From: a virus
Length of the DNA stretch: 64,000 nucleotides
Virus record (IMG/VR): IMGVR_UViG_3300035162_004655
Coordinates: 3,576 to 67,575 of that record
Direction: 5' to 3' (one strand)
The position numbers and the translations under genes are program-made. Positions 26,636-40,000 of this stretch are shown here, one piece after another. Under the pieces are notes generated by a model that had not been told where the DNA came from, searched no databases, and saw nothing but the letters and a program-made list of their open reading frames with translations. Each line of letters begins with the position of its first letter. Within the stretch, counting starts at the first letter, position 1.

Positions 26636-27394
26636 ATGGCTAAAGGATTTACAGTAAAAGCAAAAACACCCAAAGCATCTGAGAGTGCTGAAGAATGGGA
26701 CTATGTGAAGGCAAAAGAAATGGTAAAAGGCAAGTCCATTGTCTTTTGTTTACCAGGTAGAGGAGTTTCTTATACGTATCTCAAAAACTTTGTACAACTT
26801 TGTTTTGATTTAGTACAGGCAGGAGCAAGCATCCAAATTTCGCAAGATTATTCATCAATGGTAAATTTTGCCAGATGTAAGTGTTTAGGTGCGAATGTAT
26901 TGCGAGGACCGGATCAAATTCCATGGGATGGTAAGTTACATTATGATTGGCAACTATGGATTGATAGTGACATTGTATTTTCAACTGAGAAGTTTTGGCA
27001 GTTAGTATTAATGGACCAAGACATTGCGAGTGGATGGTATATGACAGAAGATGGTAAGACAACAAGTGTTGCACATTGGATGGAGGAGGATGATTTCCGC
27101 AATAATGGTGGAGTCATGAATCATGAGACTGGGGAAAGTATTTCGAAGCGTCGTAAACCGTTTACTGTAGACTATGCAGGATTTGGGTGGTTACTAATTA
27201 AGCACGGAGTATTTGAGCATTCTGATATGAAGTATCCATGGTTTGCTCCAAAGATGCAGGTCTTTGAGAGTGGAGAGGTGCAGGATATGTGTGGAGAGGA
27301 TGTAAGTTTCTGTCTCGACGCTATCGAAGCAGGATTTAATATTTGGTGCGATCCACGTATCAGAGTTGGACACGAGAAGACAAGAGTTATCTGA
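26636..27394 (+). CDS. GT-A fold glycosyltransferase-like protein, conserved in cyanomyophages
   Basis: LWIDSD (DxD), GFGWLLI, GEDVSFC and VGHEK motifs. Confidence 0.7.
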   Translation: MAKGFTVKAKTPKASESAEEWDYVKAKEMVKGKSIVFCLPGRGVSYTYLKNFVQLCFDLVQAGASIQISQDYSSMVNFARCKCLGANVLRGPDQIPWDGKLHYDWQLWIDSDIVFSTEKFWQLVLMDQDIASGWYMTEDGKTTSVAHWMEEDDFRNNGGVMNHETGESISKRRKPFTVDYAGFGWLLIKHGVFEHSDMKYPWFAPKMQVFESGEVQDMCGEDVSFCLDAIEAGFNIWCDPRIRVGHEKTRVI

Positions 27395-27555
27395 TGAGTC
27401 TGACAAAATATACAATTCTCCATAAAGGGAAAGTACTTTACAAGAACTTGACTGAAGAGGAATATTTTGATAAGATGGAGGACCTTTCGATAGAGTATTA
27501 TCAGAAAGGTTTTCCAAGACCACAAGATCTCGAAACAAAAATGATGAGTATTTAA
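27394..27555 (+). CDS. Small conserved hypothetical protein
   Basis: TGATG coupling; YKNLTEEEYFD.MEDL..EYY. Confidence 0.7.
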   Translation: MSLTKYTILHKGKVLYKNLTEEEYFDKMEDLSIEYYQKGFPRPQDLETKMMSI

Positions 27556-27564
27556 GGAGTTATT

Positions 27565-27717
27565 ATGGCAGTTCGTTCAAAGGTTGGATTAAGTGGTAAC
27601 GGTTTTATAGAAGGAAAACCGAAGAAGTCTCGTCAGGGGAACGGGAAGCACACGAAGTATGCCGCGACTTCTCGTAATGGAAAGCGTAAGATGTATCGTG
27701 GACAAGGACGGGGTTGA
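27565..27717 (+). CDS. Small basic protein ending YRGQGRG (50 aa, missing from the ORF track)
   Basis: AAGGAG SD; MAVRSKVGLSG...PKKSRQGNGKHTKYAATSRNGKRKMYRGQGRG. Confidence 0.75.
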   Translation: MAVRSKVGLSGNGFIEGKPKKSRQGNGKHTKYAATSRNGKRKMYRGQGRG

Positions 27718-27745
27718 TATATAGGTGTAGTTTTATTGACACCAT

Positions 27746-28462
27746 ATGGCATGTTTGATTGCAAATCTTCCATCACAGGAAGTATGGGTTCGTAAGGAAT
27801 ATCTAACGGACCATCAAAGTGGACATGGTGAATTTGTAAAGGGCGTTTGGGTATCGGTTAAATCGATTCCCGGACGTGCTTTTTATTTTGAGACCTATCT
27901 ACCAGAATATGCGGCAATGTATGATAAATTGCCTATCAGTGCCTTTATAAAAGACCCTGAGACCCCAAGTCCTGACATGAACCTACCAAACCTACAGTTT
28001 TGGAATTGTATGGACTACGGGGTCGTCTCGGTGGATAAGAAATTTATTGGTTCAATGGACTTTGAATGTTATACTCGGGACTTTGGTAATGTAAAAGGCA
28101 CGTATGTCTGTACCATTGACAACTATCATCATGATCCAGACTATGTTGATTATGCCACCAGTGAAAATCCTGCCGAACACAAGTCTCATAACCTAATTGA
28201 ACTTGAGAATGGGCAGTATGCACTGTATCCAAACAATAGATTACGTATTTTTGATAATAGTTTGACACCTGCCGAACCAAAAATGCCTGATTTTAAAGTT
28301 TCGACTCAATATTATCAAGTTGAAAATGGATTTGAACGACTTGGAATGGGACGTGAGGACGAATATTTTTGGAAGACTGCACAGGAACGTAAATTATGCG
28401 ACAATTGTGGGTCAAATCCATGTAATCCTCGATGTATCAATTCCAAAGTGGGTGAAAAATAA
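27746..28462 (+). CDS. Conserved cyanophage hypothetical protein
   Basis: LIANLP...WVRKEYL...YDKLPISAF...EHKSHN...YPNNR, recognised from T4-like cyanophages. Confidence 0.8.
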   Translation: MACLIANLPSQEVWVRKEYLTDHQSGHGEFVKGVWVSVKSIPGRAFYFETYLPEYAAMYDKLPISAFIKDPETPSPDMNLPNLQFWNCMDYGVVSVDKKFIGSMDFECYTRDFGNVKGTYVCTIDNYHHDPDYVDYATSENPAEHKSHNLIELENGQYALYPNNRLRIFDNSLTPAEPKMPDFKVSTQYYQVENGFERLGMGREDEYFWKTAQERKLCDNCGSNPCNPRCINSKVGEK

Positions 28463-28514
28463 ATAAAAAAGGGATAGTAACCCCTTAAAAAGTTCTGATT
28501 TCACTAATCAGGAG
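28458..28514 (+). promoter_or_regulatory. Late promoter plus two-hairpin leader covering the SD
   Basis: AATAAATA at 28458. AAGGG/CCCTT stem, then TTCTGATT/AATCAGGA stem overlapping GGAG. Confidence 0.55.
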
Positions 28515-28518
28515 TAAA

Positions 28519-28695
28519 ATGGGCAATTCACCAGTTGATAGAAGTGCAAGTTACATGAAAGAAGTGTGGGGAACAACAAGTTTGACCACAGATTACTGGT
28601 CATTACCTAAAAAAACAAATGATCCAGAAGAAAGAGTACTCCAAGAGATTATGCACGACGATTTAAGGGAAGGACAGAAGAATCTTCAGGAATAG
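28519..28695 (+). CDS. Small hypothetical protein (58 aa, missing from the ORF track)
   Basis: GGAG SD; MGNSPVDRS...VWGTTSL.TDY...LQEIMHDD. Confidence 0.65.
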   Translation: MGNSPVDRSASYMKEVWGTTSLTTDYWSLPKKTNDPEERVLQEIMHDDLREGQKNLQE

Positions 28696-28697
28696 AG

Positions 28698-28705
28698 TAT
28701 AAATA
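28698..28705 (+). promoter_or_regulatory. Late promoter TATAAATA
   Basis: Perfect T4 late box upstream of g25. Confidence 0.8.
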
Positions 28706-28727
28706 TAATTAAGAAAACTCTTTAACA

Positions 28728-29129
28728 ATGGCAATTCAGAGGATATCACGGGCATTTAAGGACATTAGTTTGTCTTTTGAGCCCCATCCTGTGACAAAAG
28801 ATTTACCTATTCTCAAAAACGAGATAGCAATTCGCAGATCTGTGAGAAATATTGTTCAGACAATACCAACCGAAAGATTTTTTAATTCAATATTTGGATC
28901 TGATGTGAGAAGAAGTTTATTTGAGTTTGTTGATTTTGGTACTGCTTCTGTAATTAGTGATCAAATTATGATATCCATCAATAATTTTGAATCTAGGGTT
29001 GATAATTTGCAAGTCGAGGTTATACCAAGACCAGATCGTAATGCATTTGATGTTACTTTAGTATTTGATATTATTGGTCAAGAGTTTCCGACACAAGAAT
29101 ATTCATTCCTTTTAGAGGCAACAAGGTAA
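28728..29129 (+). CDS. g25: Baseplate wedge subunit gp25
   Basis: FKDISLSF..HPVT.D, IRRSVRNIV.T...ERFFN..FGS and FE.RV motifs; synteny. Confidence 0.92.
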   Translation: MAIQRISRAFKDISLSFEPHPVTKDLPILKNEIAIRRSVRNIVQTIPTERFFNSIFGSDVRRSLFEFVDFGTASVISDQIMISINNFESRVDNLQVEVIPRPDRNAFDVTLVFDIIGQEFPTQEYSFLLEATR

Positions 29130-29130
29130 T

Positions 29131-31059
29131 ATGCCTTTTACAAAATTCACCAATTTAGATTTTGATCAAATAAAAGAATCTATCAAAGATTATTTACGTG
29201 CAAATTCTGATTTCTCGGGGTTTGACTTTGAGGGGTCTAATTTTTCAGTATTGATCGAAACTTTAGCATATAACACTTACATAACAGCATTCAACTCAAA
29301 TATGGTTGTGAATGAGTCTTTCTTGGACTCTGCAACACTCCGTGAGAACGTTGTTTCCCTCGCAAGGAATATTGGGTATGTTCCTAAGTCAAGAAGTGCT
29401 GCAAAGGCATCTATAACCTTTACAGCAAATGTTACTGGATCCACATCACCAACTTTAACATTAAAAAAAGGATTAGTTTGTGTTGGAAATTCAAACGATA
29501 CTTCATATACATTTTCAATATTAGAAGACATACAGAGACCAGCTGGTGTTGTAAATTTTGATGTTGGTGGTGTTCCTACTACTGGAAGATTTGCAACGTT
29601 TTCAAATATTGATGTTTATGAAGGAACTTTTCTTACTAAACAATTTTTAGTTGATTCATCCTTAAATCAAAACTTTATTCTTAATAATTCATTTATTGAT
29701 ACTTCAACAATAAAAGTATATGTAAAGAAAGAAGGGGAATCTGGATTAGGAATAGAATATAAATTAATTAATAATATTACTAATGCTACAGGAACTTCTT
29801 TTGTTTATTTGATACAAGAAGTTCAAGATGAAAAGTATGAACTTTTATTTGGTGATGGTTTAATTGGAAGAAAACTAGAGACAGGAGAAATAATCACTGT
29901 AAATTATCTTGTTACTAGTGGAAAAGAAGGTAATGGTGCGAATAGATTTTCATTTTCTGGAAATATAGTTGATAGTGATGACAATACAATTTCTCCAGAA
30001 CCATTTACTGTAACTACAAACCAATCATCTGCGAATGGTGGAGAGATTGAATCTATAGATTCTGTTAAATATTTTGCCCCAAGAATATATTCTGCACAGA
30101 ATAGAGCAGTTACTGGAAGAGATTATGAGTCAATTATAAAAACAATATATCCAGATACTGAATCCGTATCTGTTGTTGGTGGTGAAGAATTAGATCCTCC
30201 AGAGTTTGGGACAGTTCAAATTTCAATTAAACCTAAAAATGGATTTTTAGTATCCGAGTTTAATAAATCTAGAATTTTATCACAACTTAAGCAATATTCA
30301 ATATCGGGAATCAATCAAAAAATTATAGATCTTAAAATTTTATATGTTGAGATTAACTCATTTGTTTATTATAATGATTCGATGGTATCAACATCTGAAG
30401 ATTTAAAATCTAAAATAATTAATTCACTTACAAATTATTCTGAATCGACCAACTTGAATAAATTTGGAGGGAGAATTAGATATAGTCAAGTATTGCAAAC
30501 TATTGACAACACGGATACTTCCATAACATCAAATATTACTAGAGTTACGATAAGAAGAAATTTATTTGCACTACTTAATCAATTTGCACAGTATGAATTG
30601 TGTTTTGGAAATCAGTTTCATGTTTCTGAGGATGGAAGAAATATCAAATCTACTGGGTTTAGAGTATCTGGAGAGAATGATATTGTTTATTTGACTGATA
30701 TACCAAATGCCGATAAAAAAAATGGAATTCTTTCGATTGTTAAAAATTTATCAGATGGAACTATACGAGTTGTTGCAAAATCTGTAGGAACAGTTGATTA
30801 TGTAAAAGGTGAAATTAATTTAGGAACATTAAATATTACATCAACCGTTAAACCAAATAATGTTATAGAGATACAAGCATTTCCAGAATCAAATGATATT
30901 GTCGGATTAAAAGAACTTTATATCAATTTTGACATTGGAAAAAGTAAAATAAATATGATTAAGGATGTTATTTCATCTGGAGATGAAATATCGGGTACAG
31001 TCTTTAACAGAGATTTTTACACATCAAGTTATTCAAACGGAAGTTTAATCAGAGAGTAA
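29131..31059 (+). CDS. g6: Baseplate wedge subunit gp6
   Basis: LDFDQIK..FDFEGSN..LAYNT..ESFLDSATLRENVVSLA and QNRAVT..DY motifs. Confidence 0.93.
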   Translation: MPFTKFTNLDFDQIKESIKDYLRANSDFSGFDFEGSNFSVLIETLAYNTYITAFNSNMVVNESFLDSATLRENVVSLARNIGYVPKSRSAAKASITFTANVTGSTSPTLTLKKGLVCVGNSNDTSYTFSILEDIQRPAGVVNFDVGGVPTTGRFATFSNIDVYEGTFLTKQFLVDSSLNQNFILNNSFIDTSTIKVYVKKEGESGLGIEYKLINNITNATGTSFVYLIQEVQDEKYELLFGDGLIGRKLETGEIITVNYLVTSGKEGNGANRFSFSGNIVDSDDNTISPEPFTVTTNQSSANGGEIESIDSVKYFAPRIYSAQNRAVTGRDYESIIKTIYPDTESVSVVGGEELDPPEFGTVQISIKPKNGFLVSEFNKSRILSQLKQYSISGINQKIIDLKILYVEINSFVYYNDSMVSTSEDLKSKIINSLTNYSESTNLNKFGGRIRYSQVLQTIDNTDTSITSNITRVTIRRNLFALLNQFAQYELCFGNQFHVSEDGRNIKSTGFRVSGENDIVYLTDIPNADKKNGILSIVKNLSDGTIRVVAKSVGTVDYVKGEINLGTLNITSTVKPNNVIEIQAFPESNDIVGLKELYINFDIGKSKINMIKDVISSGDEISGTVFNRDFYTSSYSNGSLIRE

Positions 31060-31060
31060 T

Positions 31061-34000
31061 ATGATACAAACTGGAATTGAATCTAGAGTCAAGATTCAGG
31101 ACATAATTTCTAATCAATTACCGAAATATGTTTTGGATGAAAGTCCAAAGACATTAGATTTTTTAAAACAATATTATATTTCTCAAGAGTATCAAGGTGG
31201 CCCTGTTGATATTGCAGAAAACCTTGACCAATATTTAAAAGTAGATAATTTAACTTCAGAAGTAGTTGTAGGATTTACAACTTTATCCTCCGACATCGGA
31301 TCTGATGATAGCACAATTAGTGTTCCTAATACAAAAGGATTTCCTGAACAATATGGACTGTTAAAGATTGATGATGAAATTATAACATATACTGGAATTA
31401 CTACAAACACTTTTACTGGATGTATTCGTGGTTTTAGTGGAATTACTAGTTATCATAATGATCTAAATGCAGAAGAATTAGTATTTTCAGATACAACTGC
31501 TGATTCCCATACTTCAAATTCCTCAGTAGAGAATTTAAGTTCTTTATTTTTAAAAGAATTTTATAAAAAATTAAAATCTACATATACTCCTGGATTTGAG
31601 AACAGAGTTTTTAATTCCGAATTAGATGTTGGAAACTTTATAAAAGAATCTAGATCATTTTACGAATCTAAAGGCACTGATGATTCTTTTAGAATATTAT
31701 TTAATGTGTTATTTGGAGAAACTCCAAGAATAATCAATCTTGAGGAATATCTAATAAAAGCATCAGATGCAAGGTTTATTAGAAAAGAAATATGCATTGC
31801 CGAAGCTATTAGTGGTGACCCTGCAAAAATAATTGGACAAACATTAACAAAATCAACAGATCTTACAACTAATGCTTCCATATCTTCAGTTGAAATATTT
31901 ACAAGAGATCAAAAGATATATTATAAAGTAGGGTTATTTGTTGGATATGGTGACAATAGTAATGTTCAAGGTAATTTTATAATTACTCCTAACTCAAAAG
32001 TTTTGGAGAATGTCAGTATTGGTGCTTCTGTAATATCTGTAGATTCTACAATTGGATTTGGACAGACTGGAACAATATATTCTGGAAATAATACTATTAC
32101 ATATATTGATAAGAGTATTAATCAGTTTTTAGGATGTTCTGGAGTTGTTGATAACATTACTGCCACAGATAATATTTTTTCGGATGATACATATTTTTCC
32201 TATGAAGACGGAGATATAACAAAAAAAGTTGTTCTCAGGTTGACGGGAATTCTTTCAAATTTTGTTCAAAAGTCGGATTCAATTTCTGTCAATGAGGGAC
32301 AAATCTTAGGAGTTAAGAGTATTGGAACTTTAATTGAAAATCCAGAACAAAATAAAACATATACGGAAATTTTTGCAAATTCTTGGATTTACAATACTAG
32401 TTCTTCAATAGAAGTTGATAGTTTTATTGGAGGATCAAATCCAACTGGTGTTGTATTAAAAACTTCTGTTGATAGATCTCAATTGAAAAAAGGTGATCGA
32501 GTAGAATTTATAGATGAACAAACAAATAATATAATATACCCCACAGATACTTCAGATGTACCTTTTGTGAGTGCTGATATTACATCTAATTCAGTTTTTA
32601 TAGGAAATCTAAGTTCTTTCTCTCCAAATGATGGGCAATCTATAAAATTGAGAAGAAAAATTAATAAGGCAAATAGTGCTTCTGTTGATTTCAAATATCA
32701 AAATAATAGTATTATTTCTGATGTTCAGAACATGTATGTTGATGATAATAATTTTGCATACATAGCATCAAATTCACTTCCATCCTGGGGGAATGAACTT
32801 ACAAATTCATATGCATATCAAATAAAAGAAAAAATCAAATCGGCATCAATCTCTTCTTCTTCTGGAAATATTGTTGATTTAGATATTAATACCGGTCTAT
32901 ATTCTACTATTTTCTTTGATACTCCTGTTCCGTTTATAAGTGGAGAAAAAGTTCAATATACTTCATCTGGAGAAATTTTAAAGGGATTGGAAGATGAGTT
33001 TTATTACATTAAGATTGTACCTAATAGTGACGGTAAAAAAATAAAACTTTATAGCTCTCCTTCCTTTTTAACTTCTGATGCAAATGCTGTTCAATTCAAA
33101 TCAACTACTTCAGTATTAGAAACTCATACTTTTACTTTATATTCTCAAAAATCAAGAATAATAAATCCTCAGAAAATTTTAAAGAAATTTACTTTAAATC
33201 CCAATATTAAAGATGGTATTGGAGAAGAAACAGTACCAGGATCGATTGGAATGTTGATTAATGGTGTTGAGATTTCTAATTATAAAATTTTTGATAAAGT
33301 TTATTATGGTCCAATAAAAGAAGTTAAAGTTTTGAATGGTGGATCTAATTTTGATGTTATTAATATTCCGTATATAGGACTATCTACTAGTGCTGGAACG
33401 ACATCTTTAGTTTTGCCAGTTATAACTGGAACAGTAACAGATATTCTTGTAGATAAACAAGATTTTGATATTAAAGAGATATTGTCAGTTAATGTTACTG
33501 GTGGAAACGGATCTGGAGGATCTTTCGAACCAGTATTAAATAAAAGAAGAAGGGAAATATTATTTGACGCAAGATTAACTACGCAGGGTGGTGGTATAAG
33601 TACAACCACTAATCAATTAACATTTTTTAATGACCATAATATTTCTAATGGGCAACAAATTACCTATAGAAATAGTGGTAACAATAGTGTTGTGGTTGGA
33701 ACAGGAACATCTACATTATCTGACAATGCAAATTATTTTGCAAAAGTTGATAATAACAAAACAATACAATTATTCAATACTTTTGATGATTATTCAAATG
33801 AAACTAATCAAATTTCTTTTGCAACCACTTCAGTAAGTGGGATACATAAGTTTTTAACAGAATCAGCAACAAATACTATTTCAGAAATAAAAATTATAGA
33901 TGGTGGATCATTTACAAATAGAAAACTATTAGTCAAACCAACAGGAATTTCCACTTCGCAAAATACTATAAACTTCAATAATCATGGATTTTTGAGTGGA

Positions 34001-37000
34001 GAAATTGTAGAATATTCGGCTGTTGTTGGATTAGGAATTACACAACCACAAACTATTTCTGGATTAACTACAACTAATCAATATTTTGTTTTAAGAAATG
34101 ATGAAAATTCTTTCAGAGTGTGTGATGCTGGTATTGGAGGAACAAATACTACGAATTATAATCAAAATAATTTTGTAAAATTATCTTCTGTTGGAACTGG
34201 TTTTCAACAGTTTAAATATCCGGATATAAAAGCAAATATTGAGTTTACAACAGTTGGTATTGGAACATCAACACAAATCCAATCCATAATTGCAACACCA
34301 ATTGTTAAGGGATCTATCCAAGAAATTTATGTTTATGAACCAGGAACTGGATATGGATCAAATATTTTAAATTTTGAAAAGAAACCTTCTTTCACAATTA
34401 AAAATGGTAGAGATGCTCAAATATATCCTATTATAGTTAATGGATCTATTAATGATACAAATATACAATTTGGTGGATATGAATATTTTTCAACTCCAGA
34501 TTTAATAGTTTCGGATCCAACTAATGCAGGAAATGGTGCTAAGTTAAGAGCTATAGTTACTAATGAAAGAATAACTGGTGTAAATATTATTAACGCAGGA
34601 ATAGGGTACTCTACTTCCAGCACAATTAAAGTCGTTCCTAGTGGAACTGATGAAATTTTAGATGCATCTATCAGAGAACTTACTTGCAACCAAGTCGAAA
34701 AATTTAATACACCACAATACGAAATATTAAAAGATGTAAATGATGAATTATCATATTCAGTATCTGGATATTTTAAAGATTTACAATCTTCATTTGATGA
34801 TACTGACTTAACTTTATCTAATATTATTGGATGGGCATATGATGGAAATCCTATTTACGGACCATATTCGGTTGTAGATCCTGATAATGTGAGTTCTGGT
34901 ATTAAGACCATGACATCTGGTTATGTAAAAAATATATCCAATGTTCATGATAGGCCATCAACATCGGATTTTTCTTTAGGATTTTTTGTTGAAGATTATA
35001 GTTTTAATAGTCAAAATGGCAATCTCGATAAAAATAATGGAGCATTTGTAAAGACAAAAGATTTTCCAAATGGAGTATATGCATATTATGCATCTATAGA
35101 TTCTATTACAGGAGAACCACAATTCCCATACTTTATTGGAAATTCTTTTAGATCAAATACAATTGATGAAAATCAAAGTTTAAATCAAGAATTTGATTTT
35201 AATAATTCATCACTTTCGAGAAATACTTTAGGATACAAAATTCTAGAATCGAATTCTAGTAATGATTTTCTTATTGAGAATGATACAATTAAACAGCAAC
35301 AAATAAGTGTAGATCACATTAGTGATGGATCAATTTCTGGCATTTCTATTATCAATAGTGGAGATAATTATAAAGTAAATGATTTGCTTAATTTTGATAA
35401 CAATGATACTAATGGTGGGGGAATTTATGCTAAGGTTTCATCTTTAAAAGGAAGAGGTATTGATAGAATTGATACTTCATATGAAGTTTATAATGATGCA
35501 GTATTTACTTGGAGGGGAGATGATAAAGTAAATATAACAATTTCTCCTTTCCATACACTATTAGACAACGATTATATCTCAATATCCGGATTTAGTACTT
35601 CAAATCTTTCCATATTAAATGGATTTTATAAAATTAATGTACCACCTATTCCAAATGTAGGATTAACGACAGAAATTGTATCATCTGGAGCAGCTACAAC
35701 AGAAATATATGTAACACAGGTTCCACCGGGAGTTTCTGTTGGTAGTAGTGTTGGAATTGGAACTGAAACTTTAGAAATTTTGAATGTATATCCAGACAAA
35801 AATGTTTTTAGGGTAAATAGAGGTCTTCCTGGAACTGGACATACTATAGGAGTTGCAGTATCATTTAAACCAAAAACATTTCTAATTGATAAAAAGGTAG
35901 ATTATTTTGATTCTAAAGTGAATAATAGAGTTTACTTTAATCCGCAAGAATCGGTTGGTTTCGGAACAACAGCAGGAATTGGACGTAAAGTATCATATTC
36001 TTTTGGAGAAGAGATAATTACGGGGTCTATTCCTACACAAAGAATTAGTATTAAAAATCATCCTTTCGAAACTAATCAAAGAATTACATTTAGTCAAAAT
36101 GGTAATTCTGTCATTTCAATTTCAACATCTCCTACAGGAACACAATTTGATTTGCCAACAACAGTTTATGTAGTTAATAAATCTCCAAGTACTATTGGTA
36201 TAAAAACTTCTTTGACTTCTGATGAAGTTTTCTTTGTAGGAGGAGGTGATAATGTTGACGATTATTATTTCGATACTAATAACATACAAAAACTTGGAAA
36301 AGTTGAGAAAATTTTATCAACTGTTTCAATATCAACTTCTCATTATCATGGACTAATTAAAGGTGATTCGATTACTATGGATATAAATCCTAATCTTTCT
36401 GTTGGTATTGGAACTTCTATATCAGTAAGATTAAATAGGAATTTAACCACAAATAATTTGCAGATTAATCCTATAGGATTTAACTCTTTAGGAATTAATA
36501 CAATTTCAAATCAAATTAACATTGAAAATCATGGTCTAGAAACTGGAGATAAAGTATATTACGAATCTGATTCAGTAGCTTCTGGTTTAGATACTGGATC
36601 ATATTTTGTATATAGGGTCAATTCAGATAATATTAAGTTAGGATATAGTAATATTAATGTAAGTCAAAATCCACCAGTAGTTGTAAGTATTGGTGGAACT
36701 GGGGGATCATCTCAAACTATATCTTTAATTAATCCAAGAATACAATCAGTATCAAATAATAATTTAGTATTTGATCTTACCGATTCTTCTTTAGAAGGAT
36801 ATTTATTTAAACTTTATTATGATAGAGATTTTAATAATGAGTTTATATCAACAGGTTCTACAGAAACTTTTAGTATATCTAGTGTTGGAACAATAGGAAT
36901 AACTACTAATGCTTCAATTACTATTAATAGTAGTCCCGAATTACCTAAAAAACTTTATTACTCTTTAGAGAAATCTGGGTATATAAGTTCTTCTGATAAA

Positions 37001-40000
37001 GATGTAAACAATTTTTCAGAAATTTTATTTATTGATAGTGCATATAATAAAACTTATAATGTTTTTGGTGTAGGATCAACTACGTTTCAAATTTCTTTAC
37101 AAGAATCTCCAGAAAAATTGACATACACTTCTTCTGAGTGTGACAATTTGGAATATACAACAACTTCAACATCAGCATCTGGCCCAGTAAATAATGTTAA
37201 AATTATATCTGGTGGATCTCAATATAAAAAATTACCTTCACTTTCAAATGTCAGTACAATAAATGGTAAGAATTTATCCGTTTCTTTAAAATCTGATAGT
37301 ATTGGTTTAGTTAAAGAAACTAGAACTATTAATGAAAAATTTGAGTATTCTTCAGATAAAACTTTAAACCCAAAAGCTTTTATATCTCCAAAAATTGTTT
37401 TAAAAGATTCAAATACAATTGGTATTATAACTGTAACTTCTGGTGGATCTGGATACACATCACCACCAACGATTGTCATTATTAATAATGACACAAGATC
37501 TGAAGTAAAAAATGGAGTGATTGAGGCAAAACTGACTGGTAATTCAGTTAGTGAGTTAATTATTGATGTTCCACCTAAGGGAATATCTGATCAATCAGCA
37601 GAACTTTTTGCCATTAATAATACTAATGGAATTAGTATTAAAAAAGTTAATTCTGAAGAAAATACTGGAATTTTCACATGTATTCTTACAACACCATCTT
37701 TAGGATTTGATGAAAATGTTTTTTCTGTGGGTGAAGAAGTTTTTGTAGAAGGAATACAAAAGTCTAGCACTACTGGAGATGGATTTAATTCTAGCGATTA
37801 TGGGTATAAATTCTTTAAAGTTGTAAAATATGAAAATAAATTGACACCTGGATTACTTGATGATCAAGTTACCATTAGTATTGTAGGATTAGGAACAAAT
37901 GTAGGAGTTGCAAAAACAATTCAAGATTCATCTGGAAGTATTACTGCCAAGAAAAATTATCCAACTTTTTCATTATTATTATCTCCATCAGGATTTGAAA
38001 TTGGTGAGAGATTAATATCTGATGGTATTGAAACAGATCTTATAGTTACTGATTATGATGATTCAGGATCACTTAAAGTGCTTGGAACATATGATCTTTC
38101 TGTTAATGAAACAATTGTCGGTAAATCTTCAGGAAATATTTCTATTATAGAATCTTTAATACCTTATGATGGAATTTTTGAAATTAAATTTTCTAATAGA
38201 AAGAATCAAGGTTGGGAAAATCAAACTGGAAAATTGAGTGAAAATTATCAAGTTCTTGCAGATAATGACTATTATCAAAATCTTTCATATTCTATTAAGA
38301 GTAAGCAGCAGTGGAATGATATTAGAACATCTGTCAATAGTTTAGTTCATTCAATTGGTATTAAAAATTTCGCAGATACAGAAATTATTTCTGATGGAGA
38401 TGGAAGAGTTGGAATTGAGAGTTCTTCTGATTCAACGACTATTATAAGAGATTATATTAATGAAAAGAGAGTTGACACTATCAATAATTTTGATTTTGTA
38501 AGAGATGTAGATTTAGTAGTAAATAAATCCAAATTCTTAAAGTTGAAAAACAAAAAACTTACAAATTATTCCGAATCAATATCTAATGTTGGATTAAAAA
38601 TTGATGATATTAAAGAACAATTTTCTAATTTTGAAGATGAACCTTTACCATATATAAACCTCCTAAAAATTAATGATGATATTTCTTACAATAACTATCT
38701 TTTTAAAGTTTCTGATGTAAGTGGAAAAAATCAAGTTCAATTAACAAGTTTATTGTTCCTAAACAATTCACTCAATAATAATATTGCTGTTTTAGAAAAC
38801 CAATCCTTAGTTAATGTAGGATCTGGATTTACTACAATTAATGGAGATCAATATGGAGACTTTTCAGTAGAAATTGATGAGTTTGATGATAAGTATGTGA
38901 GATTTACTCCTAAAGATGCTTTTAATACTGAATATGATATTAAGTATATTGATAAAAAATTTAATAATGAAAATATTGGAGTAGGTACGACATCAATAGG
39001 ATTTATTGACATAACTTCTCGTAGTCAAGAAATTCTCACAGGTGCTACAACCAATATTATTGGAGTTTCAACAAATAAATTTACATCTTTCCATGTCAAT
39101 GCACAAGTTTATAAAGAAGTTACTAATGAAATGAATTTTGTAGAGTTGTATGTAACTCATGATGGGACAGATACAAATATTTCAGAATTCTATTTTGACA
39201 CTGAAGACTTTTCGAGATCGTCTAATCTTTTAGGATATTTTGATTCTAATATAGATTCTGGATCGTTTAATTTAAATTACACTAATGATACAGATCAAGA
39301 TGTAATTGTTAAAACACATATAGTTGGATTTGGAACAAAAAATCTATTAGATTCTGTTGGAATTGGAACATTTAGATATAAGTTACTAAATCAACCAGAA
39401 GGTAGTGAAAGATCTGCAATTTATGAATCTGGAGTATCTACGACTACTTCTGGTGTTTCTACTTCTTTCTTGAGATTGAATAAGAATAATTTTGATTCTG
39501 CAAGATCTTTAGTTGAAGTTAGTATTGGATCCACAAAATCAATCCATCAAGTTATGATGGTTCAAGATAATACTGATATTTACACTCAACAATATTCATT
39601 ACTGTCAATAGGAAGTACAAGTGGAGAGTCCACTCCACTAGGAGTAGGAACTTTTGGAGGAGAATATTCTGGGGATGATGTTTTAGTTAAGTTTTATCCA
39701 GATTCTAATTTTACTGGAGATATAAGAATTAATTCTTATAGTGAGTGTTTATACACTATAATTGATATTATAAATCAGGCACCAAATCTTATATACGGCA
39801 ATTCTATTGAAACAGTAAATACCAAATCATACTTGGCAATTAATGGAGATAGAATTAATAAAGAAGATTTTGTATTGAGATCAAAAACTACTCCAATTTT
39901 TGCAAAATCATTTGACCCTTCAGATGCCAATATTCTCAATCTTTCAACAGGAGTATTTTCAATTGATAATCACTTCTTTAGTAATGGTGAAGAATTAATA

